40,273 nt of DNA, taken from NCBI GenBank assembly GCA_964645735.1, contig CAZYCB010000148.1:1-40273 (forward strand), read 5' to 3'. Shown here one piece after another: positions 38,763-40,273 of the stretch. The notes below the pieces were generated by a model that did not search any database, had not been told where the DNA came from, and saw only the letters and a program-made list of their open reading frames with translations. The stretch is from an uncultured bacterium. Its GTDB lineage: Bacteria > Krumholzibacteriota > Krumholzibacteriia > WVZY01. Position 1 is the first letter of the stretch. Every line of letters begins with the position of its first letter. A program made the translations under genes and the position numbers.

Positions 38763-40190
38763 ATGTCTCGACGCGCTGCACTGTGTCCGATCTCGACCGC
38801 CGTCGTTCTGTTCGCTCACGGCGTTGCTCTTGCGCATGCCGCAGACGGCGGTGAGCCCGCGGCGATCGGCGAGGTTCTTCCCATCTGGTCGACGATTCCC
38901 TTCGCGGGAATGCTCCTCTCGATCGCGCTCTTCCCCCTTTTCGCGCCGCACTGGTGGCACCGTCACTTTCCCAAAGTGTCTGCGTTCTGGGGGATCGTCG
39001 TCGCGGTACCGCTCATCATCGCATTCAGGAGCGCAGGGCTTACGGAGCTCCTCGGGACGTACATCCACGAGTACATCCCGTTCATCATCCTTCTCTGGGC
39101 TCTGTTCACCGTCACGGGCGGCATACACGTCAAGGGGAGGTTGAGCGGATCTCCCGCGCTCAACGTCGCGCTCCTCGCCATCGGGACCGTGATCGCGTCG
39201 TTCATGGGAACGACGGGGGCGTCGATGATCCTCATTCGAACGGTGCTCCGGGCGAACGCCTGGCGGAAGTACAAGGCGCACGTCATCGTGTTCTTCATCT
39301 TTCTCGTGAGCAACATCGGCGGTCTCTTGACGCCGCTTGGCGATCCGCCACTCTTTCTCGGATTTCTACTCGGCGTCCCTTTCTTCTGGACGTTGAAGCT
39401 CCTCCCCATCATGGCGTTCGTCTCGGTGCCGCTCCTGGCGCTTTTTTTCCTCATCGACACACGCTACTACCGGAGGGAGGAAAGACCGAAAACGACCGAA
39501 AAAGCGCCGCTTCGTATCGAAGGTGTCCACAATCTCCTTTTTCTCCTCGGCATCGTGGGCGCGGTGCTCATGAGCGGGGTATGGCACGCCGGGCACGTGA
39601 CGATACTCGGGATCCCCGCGGAGATTCAGGACCTGGCGAGAGACGCGGTCCTCGTTCTCATGGGGATCGGGGCGTACGTCACGACGAAGAAGAGAATTCG
39701 AGACGAGAACGAATTCTCGTGGTTTCCGATCAAAGAAGTAGCGATTCTCTTCGCCGGGATTTTCACCACGATCGTCCCGGCGCTGGCGATTCTGCAGGCG
39801 GGTGAGAAAGGACAGCTCGGCCCGCTCATGAAGACGCTCGAGACGCCGTCGCACTACTACTGGATCACGGGATCGCTCCCGAGCTTTCTCGACAATGCGC
39901 CTTCGTATCTGACCTTTTTCAACTCCCTTCTGGGAAAGTTTTTCACGGGACTACCGCTTCGGGAAGGTGTCCACGGGCTCGTCACCGAGAAGGCGGTGTA
40001 TCTGGAGGCAATATCCGCGGGGGCCGTTCTCTTCGGAGCCAATACCTACATCGGCAACGCCCCCAATTTTATGGTCCGCTCCATTGCCGAAGAGCAGGGC
40101 ATCAAGATGCCGAGCTTTTTCGGGTATATGGCCTATTCGCTGCTGATTCTCATCCCGGTGTTTATCCTGACCACATTTATATTCTTTTAG
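38763..40190 (+). CDS. ArsB/NhaD-superfamily permease (putative Na+/H+ antiporter)
   Basis: Trimmed to ATG 38763. It is polytopic, with roughly 10-12 hydrophobic helices. NIGGLLTPLGDPPLFLGF and IGNAPNFMV are characteristic of this ion-transporter family. Confidence 0.75.
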   Translation: MSRRAALCPISTAVVLFAHGVALAHAADGGEPAAIGEVLPIWSTIPFAGMLLSIALFPLFAPHWWHRHFPKVSAFWGIVVAVPLIIAFRSAGLTELLGTYIHEYIPFIILLWALFTVTGGIHVKGRLSGSPALNVALLAIGTVIASFMGTTGASMILIRTVLRANAWRKYKAHVIVFFIFLVSNIGGLLTPLGDPPLFLGFLLGVPFFWTLKLLPIMAFVSVPLLALFFLIDTRYYRREERPKTTEKAPLRIEGVHNLLFLLGIVGAVLMSGVWHAGHVTILGIPAEIQDLARDAVLVLMGIGAYVTTKKRIRDENEFSWFPIKEVAILFAGIFTTIVPALAILQAGEKGQLGPLMKTLETPSHYYWITGSLPSFLDNAPSYLTFFNSLLGKFFTGLPLREGVHGLVTEKAVYLEAISAGAVLFGANTYIGNAPNFMVRSIAEEQGIKMPSFFGYMAYSLLILIPVFILTTFIFF

Positions 40191-40235
40191 CAGCGCCCGG
40201 CTTTTTCCGCGCTGTCCAGGCGCCGCCGGATGCAA

Positions 40236-40273
40236 TAAAAAAAGGGTGTCTCTTCTACGAAGAGGCGCCCTTT
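40236..40273 (+). terminator. Intrinsic terminator hairpin (T-run cut by the window end)
   Basis: A-run, then stem AAAGGGTGTCTCTTC, loop TAC, GAAGAGGCGCCCTTT. About 15 pairs including G-U pairs. Confidence 0.55.

Overview
This is a GC-rich, densely coding bacterial chromosomal segment with about 33 supportable CDS. I recognised no rRNA, tRNA, CRISPR array, transposase, integrase or reverse transcriptase. Note that the ORF track renders GTG/TTG starts as M and omits ORFs that run off the window.

Gene content, left to right:
- A pair of M16 peptidases on the minus strand; the first is truncated by the window edge.
- A three-gene HcnABC / sarcosine-oxidase / proline-dehydrogenase-like flavoenzyme operon.
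- A QueG-like 4Fe-4S protein.
- A mazEF toxin-antitoxin cassette.
- A minus-strand operon: GT2 synthase, UbiE/MenG, LMW phosphotyrosine phosphatase, ADP-forming acyl-CoA synthetase.
- A prolyl oligopeptidase.
- A thiamine operon behind a TPP riboswitch: thiO-thiS-thiG-(tenI-like)-thiE-thiD.
- Fpr-type ferredoxin-NADP reductase, a long-chain acyl-CoA ligase and an NlpC/P60 lipoprotein.
- A plus-strand run: GbsR-type regulator, long-chain polyprenyl synthase, an atypical 787-aa transketolase-like protein, a PRK/uridine-kinase-family kinase and a sucrose-phosphate-synthase-like GT4.
- Cyclophilin, LigA, an M49 dipeptidyl-peptidase III, family-4 UDG and an MBL hydrolase.
- A 549-aa orphan helical-repeat protein and an ArsB/NhaD-type permease.

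I do not see a convincing, self-evidently novel system such as a defence island or a retroelement. The best second-look candidates are:
1. The divergent transketolase-like protein and the neighbouring kinase + SPS-like pair, downstream of a GbsR regulator and polyprenyl synthase.
2. A 48-nt repeat found twice just after stop codons, each time inside a hairpin.
3. A 25-bp perfect inverted repeat with an alternative-pairing direct repeat between two convergent genes.
4. The tandem ThiE paralogues.
5. The rearranged domain architecture of the Hcn-like operon.

All functional calls come from motif recognition by eye and need HMM or BLAST confirmation.
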